NCBI GenBank assembly: GCA_977020255.1
Contig: CDROCS010004055.1
Coordinates: forward strand, 124,001-188,000
Source: Obrimoposthia wandeli
Lineage: Eukaryota
Length of the DNA stretch: 64,000 nucleotides
Direction of reading: 5' to 3'
Shown here: positions 47,998 to 63,500 of the stretch, piece by piece
How the letters are laid out: each line of letters starts with the position of its first letter
Position numbering within the stretch: the first letter of the stretch is position 1
Made by a program: the position numbers and the translations under genes
The notes under the pieces: generated by a model
The model's input: the letters and a program-made list of their open reading frames with translations, nothing else
Database searches by the model: none
What the model was told of the DNA's origin: nothing

Positions 47998-48930
47998 TTA
48001 ACCCTTATCAGGACAGATGGCTACAAAATGTAACTTTTGACTTTCCAACCATATTAAACATGTGAAAACTAATCATTTTATAATAATTTCTCAAACCCAG
48101 GGCTAAAAGCAAAATGTTAATCATATTTTAGCGTCCCATATGAATGTTTTTATTTGTGGATATTCTATGGAATTTATAAAAATATTAAGCAATTATTGAT
48201 TTATTTTTAACCCTTGACAATAATGGCAAGTAATCGCCTTTATAGAATGACATTTGTGAACGTCAGCCAGAAGAAAATGAACAAGATGCAAATATGATGG
48301 TTATAGATGCAAACGGAGATACCATTGTAAACAGTGTCGAAGAAGAACATTTGAAAGACATTGATGTATTTGCAGGCGGAGATGTTTACGACGATAGCAG
48401 ATCTGAGTCAGATAGCGAAGACGAAGTACCACCAGAAAATTTAATATCAAGAAGTGGTATTGGGTATCGCCTCGAACGCCAACGTAATATTGTTCACCAA
48501 CGTCCAAGGCACGTAAATGTTTGCACTATATTTTTCTGATGACAAGCTACAAAATATTTTAAGCTGCCCGAACATCAAAGCGAGAGAAATTCGTCGGAGA
48601 GCTGGAAATAACTAATTTACTATTATTAACTATCGGCAGGTATCACTCTTGAAATCAGAGCTCGTGTTGATTGTGAAAATTTTACCGATGTATGTGGATC
48701 TTTGGAACCGAACCGAACGGACTCTTTTACTGTGGGACAATGGGTCCCAAAAGATTCAAATTATTTCTCCTATGTTTGTGATTTAATGATTATTGAACGA
48801 TACAGTGTAGTCAACTAGAAAATCAGTAAGATATTTGAAACGATTAAGACGAATAAGCCTGACTTGACAAGCAACTGGTCGGATTACACAGAAGAATACC
48901 CAAGTGGACATACATGCCTTCAAACCTGAA
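47998..48930 (+). mobile_element. piggyBac-like remnant
   Basis: TTAA-CCCTT start, acidic N-terminus (SESDSEDE), SRSG, and GTMGPKRFKLFLLCL*FND resembling the piggyBac MSxxRF...LRFDD block. Confidence 0.58.
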
Positions 48931-50699
48931 GTGAAGAATAAAATAATTTTGGCTATGCTCTGAATGATATTATAATTACACCTGAGTCGATCAGGTGTTC
49001 ATCGATACACCACAGAAGGACAGATAAAGAATTGGGTATGATGTTTCAGCAGCAGCCAACACCAAATGCAAAATCCACAACGTCCATGTCAAGTTGGTCA
49101 TAATGACGAATGAAAACTGTCATTGCTTTGTTTGTTCTCAACATCATCATCTCACTAAATGGTTCCGAGACTCGTCGAAATTTCTCCACTGGTACTCTAC
49201 TTGTCTTAATAGGCTTCTGAATTTTGCTTATAGTTGAATTTACTCTCTATATTACTCAGTGTGTATAAAGTGACCAAAATATATACACGCTTTTATGTTG
49301 TTATGTCTTTTGATAATAGTAAATATGATTCAATAAATGAACAACACGTATTATTTACCTCCAAACACTTAAGATAACAATACATTATATGACTTCAAAA
49401 TTTTTCCCTGTTCCCTTCAATGTATGCGATTTCTATTGCCCTGATACGTTTCATTTTTCAATATTTTACATTAATTACAAAATCACTTGCACAACAAGAA
49501 TAAGGTTAACTGCACAACAAGAATAAGGTTAACTGAATAACTACTGTTTATAAAGATCAAAGATTGTTTTTAAGTGCATCATTAAAAATTTTCCTATAAC
49601 AAAAACTAATATTCTTACCTCACAAAAAGTTCTTTTCAACATAAACTTGAAATTGTTTTCGTTTCTTTTCCTTCGACGTTTCCCTGAATAAAAAGAAGCG
49701 GGTTACAAAAAATAATAAAATACGAACTTCAAAGATTTTATTTAAATATTCTAAAATAAATGCTTTTCTGTTACTTAAAAAGGATCAAAAACGTTCAAAT
49801 GACCTTTTAAATAAGTTAACTTTGGTAAAGTCAATTAAACTAGAAAAAAATCCGAAAAATCCGAAAAACTAAAAAAGAAAATAGTCATAAAGAAAATGTT
49901 TACTAAGACAACTTTTATCAAAAGTGAAAACAAAATAATAGAAAGTTTCAAGATATTTAAATGACCTGATATATATATATATATAGGGTGTGCATAAAGT
50001 AACTACTTGATTTTGAAATTAAATAAAATTATAAATTGAGAATGTATGAAAAGTAAATATTTAAAAATTATATTTAAATTAATTTTGTTTTATTATGCTA
50101 TTCTTTAATATAATATTTTGCACCAATTTTAAATTTATAAATGTTGACTTTACATGAACATTTTTTATTTATGGCAAAGTTTGAGCCAATTGTAAGAGGC
50201 GAACTTCAAAATATAGATAAGATTAAGAAAAAATAACGTCCTTCACTATTGCTGGTATTGACTTCAAACAATGATATTGAATTCATTACATTTTCTAGTT
50301 TTATTCAACCGTACATACTATGAAAACAGCAAACGGTCGTAAATAATGAGAGCTAACTAGATATTTGTAATTAATACATACGGCACATAAATCCATACGA
50401 TCCACTAACAATTTATTCATAAATTTGACCAACTTCTATCACTGTCAATTAACAACTTACAATAACACAGCATTCATTTATCTTAACACTGATTAGCTAG
50501 TACTTTTAACAAAGACATCTATTATATAGCCAGACAAACAATACGCACTCTAAAGTGCAACACACCAAGCTTAAACCGTGCTAATTGGCAATCCTTCAAT
50601 TAGACCGGACTACTAACAAAAATGACTAATTTCATAATTTAATTATATATATAGAAAAAATACAACCCTGAAAGGTTAAAGAAAATAAAATAAATAAAA

Positions 50700-53600
50700 A
50701 ATGTTAATTAAAATAAAATCGAATGTAATAAGATTATAATAATTTTAGGACCTTGAGAGGTCATGTGTGTTGTGTGAGTATATAAGAGAGTTTAAATTAA
50801 TAGAAAGGGCCCAAAAAATTTACAAGTATCAAGAAACAAGAAAAGAGACGAAATCAAAAAATTCCGAAGAAACAATAAAAGAAGAAACTAGAAAAATGAC
50901 CAGTGGGAATAACCATATGCGTAAGAAAAACCCATTAGCAGAAGTCTCAGATCGTTGGGATTACGCCAACTGCGAGTGTCTCGAGACGAGGGGCAATTAG
51001 CGACATCGGTTGACTTCCATGATGAGTGTATATATATTTGGGATTCTAAATTGATTTTCCATTAGTAGATCGAATCGTACAATAAGTTGTCACGACACAG
51101 GCAGAAGAATTGAAGTTGGACTCATTTTATGAAAATCAGTGGAAAATAGATTCCAAAAAATCAGCAGCCGCGAACCCACAACCGAAGAAGCAAACAAAGA
51201 TAAATTCAACTATAAGCGTATTGATTAATGGATACAAAATTCAGAAGTAGGCCTAACAAGACAAGCGGAGTACCAGTGGAGAAATTTCGACAAGTCTCGG
51301 AACCATTTGAACTGAAGTGGATCGTGTCAGAACCCAGCTAACGGAACTGAGACAGGACAAGGAACGCGGAATCGAGATACCAGGACCAACAGGATCATCG
51401 GCGAGGAATGTATAAATTGATTTCAACAATAAAATTTGAGAATCATTGTGGAATCAAAATTGTGCTTGATTTGAATATTGAAATTTGAGAATCGTTTTAG
51501 AATCAAAGTAAACGTTGTGTTGTTAAACAGTATTGTACCTGATTTAAATATTGAAATTTGAAAATCGTTTTAGAATTAAAGTAAACGTTGTGTTGTTAAA
51601 AGTAAAAACAGTTTTGTACTTGATTTAAATATTGTAATTTGAGAAAAGTTTTGGAATCAAAGTGAAGCCTTTGAATTAAATATAGTCTAGAAGTAAAAAT
51701 TGTTGACATAATATTTGAATTAGACATAAATGTTGACTTCGGTAACGTCTTTGAAGTCAAATACAAGTTTCTGACCTTACAGTGAAGTAAAAGTAAGGTT
51801 ATCATATTCAATAAAAGTGAATCGGTCAATTGGACTTGACGGGTTAAAATTAAATAGGAAGTAAGCAACCACGGAACGAAAAACCCAATCTCTGAATCCC
51901 TAGGTAGAAATTAAAATCAATACGTTAGCCTAAGGTCATCGTCGTTTAGAGTGTGTTGAATCAAGTGTTATAGGACCAGTTACTTGTTTCTTGTTAGAAA
52001 CCTTTTTAATTAGTGTGAAAAAAAATCACATTTTACTACAAAGCCAGTAGAGTTATCTCGGTTAACCCCATCCATCATTAGAGCAGTACGAATTCTTTTA
52101 CACATCACACTACATTAGTGGGAAACCTTCTAGTAATCGTTTTGAACATAACACTGTACACATCTCGCAAAACAATAGCACAAATCCTTTAGATTGAGAC
52201 TAAGTTAAGTAAGACAAAACCTAAATAGGCCACATCCATATGTAAGCCCTATTGCTACAGAACTCATGTTGAAGGCCTTCCTAAGAGGATCTATTTAAAA
52301 TTAGAAACCTCAACACATACACTATTAACTAAACACAAAAATTATAGGTAAGGCATGATTTTTATTTTGATAAATGTTAGTACACTGGAATTAATATTAA
52401 AATAAAGAAATCGAGGTATTTATAGGTAAACAATAATAAGAACTTTCAATAAAATAATTCAGATTAAGATAAAGAAATAACAATGTAAAAAATAAGTTGA
52501 ATTAAATTGACCTTGAATAATGTATATGCGAATAGACCTGATATTAAGGAGGACCGAGAGTTAATAATCTCAGAAGCATTGTAACTAGAATATAATTACA
52601 GAGAAAAGAACAACAAGAAAATATAATTTCGAAAACTTAATTACACAGACAGTTAGAGAACATATTTACAGAGATTTTATTACAGACCAAATTTCGACCA
52701 GATATACCACTAAGACCCTTTAGACCTATCTCTACTGAACTCACATTCGGGGCCTTCAGACTACGATTCTAAAAACCGTTTTTAGTAAACGCCATTATAA
52801 ATGTATCAACTAATATTTGGGCAATTTGGATTGGCCGAAAGGTTAAATAAATAGTGTTTTTTGTGCAGTAGCAGCGACAGACTGCCTCATTGTGGTCAAT
52901 TATATCTAATCATCTATGGTGATATAAAAAGCATTTGGATTTACACCAAAAGTTAAAAACTAAAGAATTATTTTCATATTTTAGGAAAGGTACCACTTTC
53001 TATAACTAAAAATGTTTTGATCACGAGTAATGAAATGTACTTTTTGAAAGTGTGAATGTAATTTTTCTGTTAAGTTATATTTAAAATCTGTTTGAACTTA
53101 TATTATTTGTAAATAAAATCACATAATTGTTAAGAATAGGAAATTTAAAAAATAAATTAAAATAATGATTATTTATAGAGAAATTTGAACCTTGAAATTG
53201 AAGGTTGAAAAAGAAAATTAAATAATAAATTAAAATTTGTTAAAATTAAAAAAATATAATAATTTAGGACCTTGAAAACGTCTTGTAGAGTGTGTGATAT
53301 ATAAGGAAAATGGTTTTAATTCAAAAGGGCCCCAGAAAAATATTACTCGAAAGAAAATCAATAAAGTAATTAACGCGAGAAAGCCCAACAAAGTAAATGT
53401 CAAGATTGCAAATAATTGAAGAAAGTCAATTCATTATCTAATACAATGCGTGGAAGAAACTCCAGCCGTCAGCACTTAGAAAATCTCCAACAGAGGTAAG
53501 TCTGTAATTAAGGAAAATAATTGATCGATTGTCTACCTCAGGTACGGCCAATCGAACACAGATAATTGCCATCTGAGAGAAATCCCAGCCGTGACCAATT

Positions 53601-53990
53601 TGAAGAATTACATAACGAAATCTGAAAGACTCCAGGTGAATGCATATATAAAGGAAGATAATTAACCTGAACAGGAAGAGAAAATCCCTATTAGTTGGTA
53701 TAATAATATAGTTCTTTCCTACAGATCGACTAGATCATTTTCAGGTACCCACCGTATAGCCGCAGAGCACAATCAACCACGTTACACATCACACTACATT
53801 AGTTGGAACCCTACTAGTTATATTTGTGAACACAACTTCTTACACATCTCGCAACAGAATAGTGAAAAAACCTTCAAATTTGAGACTAAGTTAAGTAAGA
53901 CAAACCTAGTTAGGCCACATACACCAGTAAGCCCTATCGCTACAGAACTCACGTTGTGGGCCTCCATACGAGGATCTACTTGAATAGGAG
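50700..53990. repeat. Diverged direct-repeat pairs (50740-50830 vs 53255-53340; 52095-52300 vs 53775-53975)
   Basis: Shared AGGACCTTG...TATATAAG...AAAGGGCCC and ACACATCACACTACATTAG...GAGACTAAGTTAAGTAAGAC blocks. Confidence 0.65.
51430..51670. repeat. Short degenerate ~70-80-bp tandem repeat, ~3-4 copies
   Basis: TGATTTAAATATTGAAATTTGAGAATCGTTTTAGAATCAAAG-like units. Confidence 0.7.
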
Positions 53991-54521
53991 TAATTCAAAT
54001 AGAAACCCCAACATAATTATGACGATCAGAAATATCGAATACGTTCTTCATGATATAAAAAAAAAGTGTTTGAAAAAATTATACGAAAATATTTTAAATA
54101 AATTTATGAAGTATATCGAAAATAAGAAGCTGAGGTCAATTAATTATTTCTTTCTGTAAATTTTCATATTTTTAGGAAGATATTATACAATTTTTGATAA
54201 AATTAAAAATGTTGAAAATAAAGCAAACAATACAAGCAATATAATACTGACTATAAAATACTGAACAACATATAAAAGTTGAAAACGGGAAAACGACTGA
54301 AAGACCGTTAACAAATATTTTTGTTGTTGAAATCATGAAAATGCTTATAATTGAAAGTAATCAAAAATCTTTAAAAAAAGGAGATAAACACATTTAGCGA
54401 TACGGCTCTCAACGTAATCCAGAATGGTCCCTTCGCAATATGGGTTTTTGTGGCTGTTAGGGATATGATGATTTAGTGTAGATCAATTGGATTGATGTTG
54501 AATACAGAATACAGTTAAATT

Positions 54522-57500
54522 CAGTTATCACAAAATCTTCATAATTTTTTAGAAAAAATACTTCACTACTTTTTTTATGATATATATGAGATGTTCTGTA
54601 AATTGCAACGATTTTCCAAGAAAGTGTTTTTTGTTATATGTTTGTAAAAAAAAAGATTGGTGTCATGAAAAGTCAATAGTATCAGAGCAATCGTATGCAG
54701 ATATAAGCAAACGGAATTAATCAGCAGGGTGTCGAAATCCAAAATAGCTGAAGATCTCGGGAAATTGCTATTAGACAAGCTGGGTCAAAATCCGTACATT
54801 ACTCTTAGAGATATGGCTCAATTTATCGGGTCTCGCAACGTTATTTGGACGTCTATGACGGTATCTAATTCCTTGGATGGAAAATTGATCAGTTTTAAAT
54901 ATACCCGAGGCATCGCTGTACAGTAAAATACCCCAGTCACCAAAAGAAACGAGTAGCTTACGTGAAACAATTCATGAAGGAATGCATGTACATGATGAGT
55001 GCATATTGAATGTTCGGATGCGGAGCAGAAGAGGTTAGTCACATCAAAAAGAACGGTTCTACAATATCTTTCCGAAATCCAGATGCCCTAACATCAGCCT
55101 CGGGTTAAATATTTGTCGATTCATGTCGATTCACTTCAAGATAACAAGAGGTTCTTTCAACAAAAAAACATAGCAGGAATTTATCACTGAGATAGGAGCT
55201 AAACTGGATACCGAGGAGAAGCAATATCTGATACATGACAATGTATCCATTCATTGGGGCTCTGTTGTGATGAATGCCTATCACAAGACAGTGAATTTGT
55301 CTCCGTACTGCTCATTATTGAACCCCATCGTCGGGGTTTTCGAAATTTAAAGCTGGAGTACAGAAGCGAATGAACAGGTCAGTTCAAAGCGAGCTCACAA
55401 CTAATGAACGTATGGCCAAAATGGTGGCTGGATATGATACATTCTTCAATCCAGTAGCCCGAATTCCAGGACTTCAGTAACCGATATCGTCATAATAAAA
55501 AATCAATGTTTGAACAAACCGGACATTTTCAGCGACTGAATGCGTTTTTATAATGTAATTTAAATAAATGTATCCCCTTTTCTTGTCTTTTCAACAACTT
55601 GTAACAGAATCCGTACACTCCATATTGGATTCAATCACTCATGACACGATGCAGCTTATGAGATTGTTCAGTAATCACAAAATCTTCATAATATTTTAGA
55701 AAAAATACTTCACTACTTTTATTATGATATATATGAGATGTTCTGTAAATTGCAACGATTTTCCAAGAAAGTGTTTTTTGTTCTATGTTTGTAAAAAAAG
55801 ATTGGTGTCATGAAAAGTCAATAGTATCAGAGCAATCGTATGCAGATATAAGCAAACGAAATTAATCAGCAGGGTGTCGAAATCCAAAATAGCTGAAGAT
55901 CTCGGGAAATTGCTATTAGACAAGCTGGGTCAAAATCCGTACATTACTCTTAGAGATATGGCTCAATTTATCGGGTCTCGCAACGTTATTTGGACGTCTA
56001 TGACGGTATCTAATTCCTTGGATGGAAAATTGATCAGTTTTAAATATACCCGAGGCATCGCTGTACAGTAAAATACCCCCAGTCACCAAAAGAAACGAGT
56101 AGCTTACGTGAAACAATTCATGAAGGAATGCATGTACATGATGAGTGCATATTGAATGTTCGGATGCGGAGCAGAAGAGGTTAGTCACATCAAAAAGAAC
56201 GGTTCTACAATATCTTTCCGAAATCCAGATGCCCTAACATCAGCCTCGGGTTAAATATTTGTCGATTCATGTCGATTCACTTCAAGATAACAAGAGGTTC
56301 TTTCAACAAAAAAACATAGCAGGAATTTATCACTGAGATAGGAGCTAAACTGGATACCGAGGAGAAGCAATATCTGATACATGACAATGTATCCATTCAT
56401 TGGGGCTCTGTTGTGATGAATGCCTATCACAAGACAGTGAATTTGTCTCCGTACTGCTCATTATTATTGAACCCCATCGTCGGGGTTTTCGAAATTTAAA
56501 GCTGGAGTACAGAAGCGAATGAACAGGTCAGTTCAAAGCGAGCTCACAACTAATGAACGTATGGCCAAAATGGTGGCTGGATATGATACATTCTTCAATC
56601 CAGTAGCCCGAATTCCAGGACTTCAGTAACCGATATCGTCATAATAAAAAAATCAATGTTTGAACAAACCGGACATTTTCAGCGACTGAATGCGTTTTTA
56701 TAATGTAATTTAAATAAATGTATCCCCTTTTCTTGTCTTTTTCAACAACTTGTAACAGAATCCGTACACTCCATATTGGATTCAATCACTCATGACACGA
56801 TGCAGCTTATTGTTCAGTAATCACAAAATCTTCATAATATTTTAGAAAAATACTTCACTACTTTTATTATGATATATATGAGATGTTCTGTAAATTGCAA
56901 CGATTTTCCAAGAAAGTGTTTTTGTTCTATGTTTGTAAAAAAAAGATTGGTGTCATGAAAAGTCAATAGTATCAGAGCAATCGTATGCAGATATAAGCAA
57001 ACGAAATTAATCAGCAGGGTGTCGAAATCCAAAATAGCTGAAGATCTCGGGAAATTGCTATTAGACAAGCTGGGTCAAAATCCGTACATTACTCTTAGAG
57101 ATATGGCTCAATTTATCGGGTCTCGCAACGTTATTTGGACGTCTATGACGGTATCTAATTCCTTGGATGGAAAATTGATCAGTTTTAAATATACCCGAGG
57201 CATCGCTGTACAGTAAAATACCCCAGTCACCAAAAAAGAAACGAGTAGCTTACGTGAAACAATTCATGAAGGAATGCATGTACATGATGAGTGCATATTG
57301 AATGTTCGGATGCGGAGCAGAAGAGGTTAGTCACATCAAAAAGAACGGTTCTACAATATCTTTCCGAAATCCAGATGCCCTAACATCAGCCTCGGGTTAA
57401 ATATTTGTCGATTCATGTCGATTCACTTCAAGATAACAAGAGGTTCTTTCAACAAAAAAACATAGCAGGAATTTATCACTGAGATAGGAGCTAAACTGGA

Positions 57501-60500
57501 TACCGAGGAGAAGCAATATCTGATACATGACAATGTATCCATTCATTGGGGCTCTGTTGTGATGAATGCCTATCACAAGACAGTGAATTTGTCTCCGTAC
57601 TGTTTCATTATTGAACCCCATCGTCGGGGTTTTCGAAATTTAAAGCTGGAGTACAGAAGCGAATGAACAGGTCAGTTCAAAGCGAGCTCACAACTAATGA
57701 ACGTATGGCCAAAATGGTGGCTGGATATGATACATTCTTCAATCCAGTAGCCCGAATTCCAGGACTTCAGTAACCGATATCGTCATAATAAAAAATCAAT
57801 GTTTGAAAAAACCGGACATTTTTAGCGACTGAATGCGATTTTATAATGTAATTTAAATAAATGTATCCCCTTTTCTTGTCTTTTCAACAACTTGTAACAG
57901 AATCCGTACACTCCATATTGGATTCAATCACTCATGACACGATGCAGCTTATGAGATGTTCAGTAATCACAAAATCTTCATAATATTTGAGAAAAAATAC
58001 TTCACTACTTTTATTATGATGTATATGAGATGTTCTGTAAATTGCAACGATTTTCCAAGAAAGTGTTTTTTGTTCTATGTTTGTTAAAAAAAAGATTGGT
58101 GTCATGAAAAGTCAATAGTATCAGAGCAATCGTATGCAGATATAAGCAAACGAAATTAATCAGCAGGGTGTCGAAATCCAAAATAGCTGAAGATCTCGAA
58201 ATTGCTATTAGACAAGCTGGGTCAAAATCCGTACATTACTCTTAGAGATATGGCTCAATTTATCGGGTCTCGCAACGTTATTTGGACGTCTATGACGGTA
58301 TCTAATTCCTTGGATGGAAAATTGATCAGTTTTAAATATACCCGAGGCATCGCTGTACAGTAAAATACCCCAGTCACCAAAAGAAACGAGTAGCTTACGT
58401 GAAACAATTCATGAAGGAATGCATGTACATGATGAGTGCATATTGAATGTTCGGATGCGGAGCAGAAGAGGTTAGTCACATCAAAAGAACGGTTCTACAA
58501 TATCTTTCCGAAATCCAGATGCCCTAACATCAGCCTCGGGTTAAATATTTGTCGATTCATGTCGATTCACTTCAAGATAACAAGAGGTTCTTTCAACAAA
58601 AAACATAGCAGGAATTTATCACTGAGATAGAGCTAAACTGGATACCGAGGAGAAGCAATATCTGATACATGACAATGTATCCATTCATTGGGGCTCTGTT
58701 GTGATGAATGCCTATCACAAGACAGTGAATTTGTCTCCGTACTGCTCATTATTGAACCCCATCGTCGGGGTTTTCGAAATTTAAAAGCTGGAGTACAGAA
58801 GCGAATGAACAGGTCAGTTCAAAGCGAGCTCACAACTAATGAACGTATGGCCAAAATGGTGGCTGGATATGATACATTCTTCAATCCAGTAGCCCGAATT
58901 CCAGGACTTCAGTAACCGATATCGTCATAATAAAAAAAATCAATGTTTGAACAAACCGGACATTTTCAGCGACTGAATGCGTTTTTATAATGTAATTTTA
59001 AATAAATGTATCCCCTTTTCTTGTCTTTTCAACAACTTGTAACAGAATCCGTACACTCCATATTGATTCAATCACTCATGACACGATGCAGCTTATTGTT
59101 CAGTAATCACAAAATCTTCATAATATTTTAGAAAAAATACTTCACTACTTTTATTATGATGTATATGAGATGTTCTGTAAATTGCAACGATTTTCCAAGA
59201 AAGTGTTTTTTGTTCTATGTTTGTAAAAAAAAAGATTGGTGTCATGAAAAGTCAATAGTATCAGAGCAATCGTATGCAGATATAAGCAAACGAAATTAAT
59301 CAGCAGGGTGTCGAAATCCAAAATAGCTGAAGATCTCGAAATTGCTATTAGACAAGCTGGGTCAAAATCCGTACATTACTCTTAGAGATATGGCTCAATT
59401 TATCGGGTCTCGCAACGTTATTTGGACGTCTATGACGGTATCTAATTCCTTGATGGAAAATTGATCAGTTTTAAATATACCTCGAGGCATCGCTGTACAG
59501 TAAAATACCCCAGTCACCAAAAGAAACGAGTAGATTACGTGAAACAATTCATGAAGGAATGCATGTACATGATGAGTGCATATTGAATGTTCGGATGCAG
59601 AGCAGAAGAGGTTAGTCACATCAAAAAGAACGGTTCTACAATATCTTTCCGAAATCCAGATGCCCTAACATCAGCCTCGGGTTAAATATTTGTCGATTCA
59701 TGTCGATTCACTTCAAGATAACAAGAGGTTCTTTCAACAAAAAAACATAGCAGGAATTTATCACTGAGATAGGAGCTAAACTGGATACCGAGGAGAAGCA
59801 ATATCTGATACATGACAATGTATCCATTCATTGGGGCTCTGTTGTGATGAATGCCTATCACAAGACAGTGAATTTGTCTCCGTACTGCTCATTATTGAAC
59901 CCCATCGTCGGGGTTTTCGAAATTTAAAGCTGGAGTACAGAAGCGAATGAACAGGTCAGTTCAAAGCGAGCTCACAACTAATGAACGTATGGCCAAAATG
60001 GTGGCTGGATATGATACATTCTTCAATCCAGTAGCCCGAATTCCAGGACTTCAGTAACCGATATCGTCATAATAAAAAAAATCAATGTTTGAACAAACCG
60101 GACATTTTCAGCGACTGAATGCGTTTTTATAATGTAATTTAAATAAATGTATCCCCTTTTTCTTGTCTTTTTCAACAACTTGTAACAGAATCCGTACACT
60201 CCATATTGGATTCAATCACTCATGACACGATGCAGCTTATGAGATTGTTCAGTAATCACAAAATCTTCATAATATTTTAGAAAAAATACTTCACTACTTT
60301 TATTATGATGTATATGAGATGTTCTGTAAATTGCAACGATTTTCCAAGAAAGTGTTTTTTGTTATATGTTTGTAAAAAAAAAGATTGGTGTCATGAAAAG
60401 TCAATAGTATCAGAGCAATCGTATGCAGATATAAGCAAACGAAATTAATCAGCAGGGTGTCGAAATCCAAAATAGCTGAAGATCTCGGGAAATTGCTATT

Positions 60501-63500
60501 AGACAAGCTGGGTCAAAATCCGTACATTACTCTTAGAGATATGGCTCAATTTATCGGGTCTCGCAACGTTATTTGGACGTCTATGACGGTATCTAATTCC
60601 TTGGATGGAAAATTGATCAGTTTTAAATATACCCGAGGCATCGCTGTACAGTAAAAATACCCCAGTCACCAAAAGAAACGAGTAGCTTACGTGAAACAAT
60701 TCATGAAGGAATGCATGTACATGATGAGTGCATATTGAATGTTCGGATGCGGAGCAGAAGAGGTTAGTCACATCAAAAAGAACGGTTCTACAATATCTTT
60801 CCGAAATCCAGATGCCCTAACATCAGCCTCGGGTTAAATATTTGTCGATTCATGTCGATTCACTTCAAGATAACAAGAGGTTCTTTCAACAAAAAAACAT
60901 AGCAGGAATTTATCACTGAGATAGGAGCTAAACTGGATACCGAGGAGAAGCAATATCTGATACATGACAATGTATCCATTCATTGGGGCTCTGTTGTGAT
61001 GAATGCCTATCACAAGACAGTGAATTTGTCTCCGTACTGCTTCATTATTGAACCCCCATCGTCGGGGTTTTCGAAATTTAAAGCTGGAGTACAGAAGCGA
61101 ATGAACAGGTCAGTTCAAAGCGAGCTCACAACTAATGAACGTATGGCCAAAATGGTGGCTGGATATGATACATTCTTCAATCCAGTAGCCCGAATTCCAG
61201 GACTTCAGTAACCGATATCGTCATAATAAAAAAAATCAATGTTTGAACAAACCGGACATTTTCAGCGACTGAATGCGTTTTTATAATGTAATTTAAATAA
61301 ATGTATCCCCTTTTCTTGTCTTTTCAACAACTTGTAACAGAATCCGTACACTCCATATTGGATTCAATCACTCATGACACGATGCAGCTTATGAGATTGT
61401 TCAGTAATCACAAAATCTTCATAATATTTTAGAAAAAATACTTCACTACTTTTATTATGATGTATATGAGATGTTCTGTAAATTGCAACGATTTTCCAAG
61501 AAAGTGTTTTTTGTTCTATGTTTGTAAAAAAAAAGATTGGTGTCATGAAAAGTCAATAGTATCAGAGCAATCGTATGCAGATATAAGCAAACGAAATTAA
61601 TCAGCAGGGTGTCGAAATCCAAAATAGCTGAAGATCTCGAAATTGCTATTAGACAAGCTGGGTCAAAATCCGTACATTACTCTTAGAGATATGGCTCAAT
61701 TTATCGGGTCTCGCAACGTTATTTGGACGTCTATGACGGTATCTAATTCCTTGGATGGAAAATTGATCAGTTTTAAATATACCCGAGGCATCGCTGTACA
61801 GTAAAATACCCCAGTCACCAAAAGAAACGAGTAGCTTACGTGAAACAATTCATGAAGGAATGCATGTACATGATGAGTGCATATTGAATGTTCGGATGCG
61901 GAGCAGAAGAGGTTAGTCACATCAAAAAGAACGGTTCTACAATATCTTTCCGAAATCCAGATGCCCTAACATCAGCCTCGGGTTAAATATTTGTCGATTC
62001 ATGTCGATTCACTTCAAGATAACAAGAGGTTCTTTCAACAAAAAAACATAGCAGGAATTTATCACTGAGATAGGAGCTAAACTGGATACCGAGGAGAAGC
62101 AATATCTGATACATGACAATGTATCCATTCATTGGGGCTCTGTTGTGATGAATGCCTATCACAAGACAGTGAATTTGTCTCCGTACTGCTCATTATTGAA
62201 CCCCATCGTCGGGGTTTTCGAAATTTAAAGCTGGAGTACAGAAGCGAATGAACAGGTCAGTTCAAAGCGAGCTCACAACTAATGAACGTATGGCCAAAAT
62301 GGTGGCTGGATATGATACATTCTTCAATCCAGTAGCCCGAATTCCAGGACTTCAGTAACCGATATCGTCATAATAAAAAAAATCAATGTTTGAACAAACC
62401 GGACATTTTCAGCGACTGAATGCGTTTTTATAATGTAATTTAAATAAATGTATCCCCTTTTCTTGTCTTTTCAACAACTTGTAACAGAATCCGTACACTC
62501 CATATTGGATTCAATCACTCATGACACGATGCAGCTTATTGTTCAGTAATCACAAAATCTTCATAATATTTTAGAAAAAATACTTCACTACTTTTATTAT
62601 GATGTATATGAGATGTTCTGTAAATTGCAACGATTTTCCAAGAAAGTGTTTTTTGTTCTATGTTTGTAAAAAAAGATTGGTGTCATGAAAAGTCAATAGA
62701 ATCAGAGCAATTATATGCAAATATAAGAAAAAGAAATTAATCAGCAAGGTGGCGAAATCCAAAATAGCTGAAGATCTCGAAATTGCTATTAGACAAGCTG
62801 GGTCAAAATCCGTACATTACTCTTAGAGATATGGCTCAATTTATCGGGTCTCGCAACGTTATTTGGACGTCTATGACGGTATCTAATTCCTTGGATGGAA
62901 AATTGATCAGTTTTAAATATACCCGAGGCATCGCTGTACAGTAAAATACCCCAGTCACCAAAAGAAACGAGTAGCTTACGTGAAACAATTCATGAAGGAA
63001 TGCATGTACATGATGAGTGCATATTGAATGTTCGGATGCGGAGCAGAAGAGGTTAGTCACATCAAAAAGAACGGTTCTACAATATCTTTCCGAAATCCAG
63101 ATGCCCTAACATCAGCCTCGGGTTAAATATTTGTCGATTCATGTCGATTCACTTCAAGATAACAAGAGGTTCTTTCAACAAAAAACATAGCAGGAATTTA
63201 TCACTGAGATAGGAGCTAAACTGGATACCGAGGAGAAGCAATATCTGATACATGACAATGTATCCATTCATTGGGGCTCTGTTGTGATGAATGCCTATCA
63301 CAAGACAGTGAATTTGTCTCCGTACTGCTCATTATTGAACCCCATCGTCGGGGTTTTCGAAATTTAAAGCTGGAGTACAGAAGCGAATGAACAGGTCAGT
63401 TCAAAGCGAGCTCACAACTAATGAACGTATGGCCAAAATGGTGGCTGGATATGATACATTCTTCAATCCAGTAGCCCGAATTCCAGGACTTCAGTAACCG

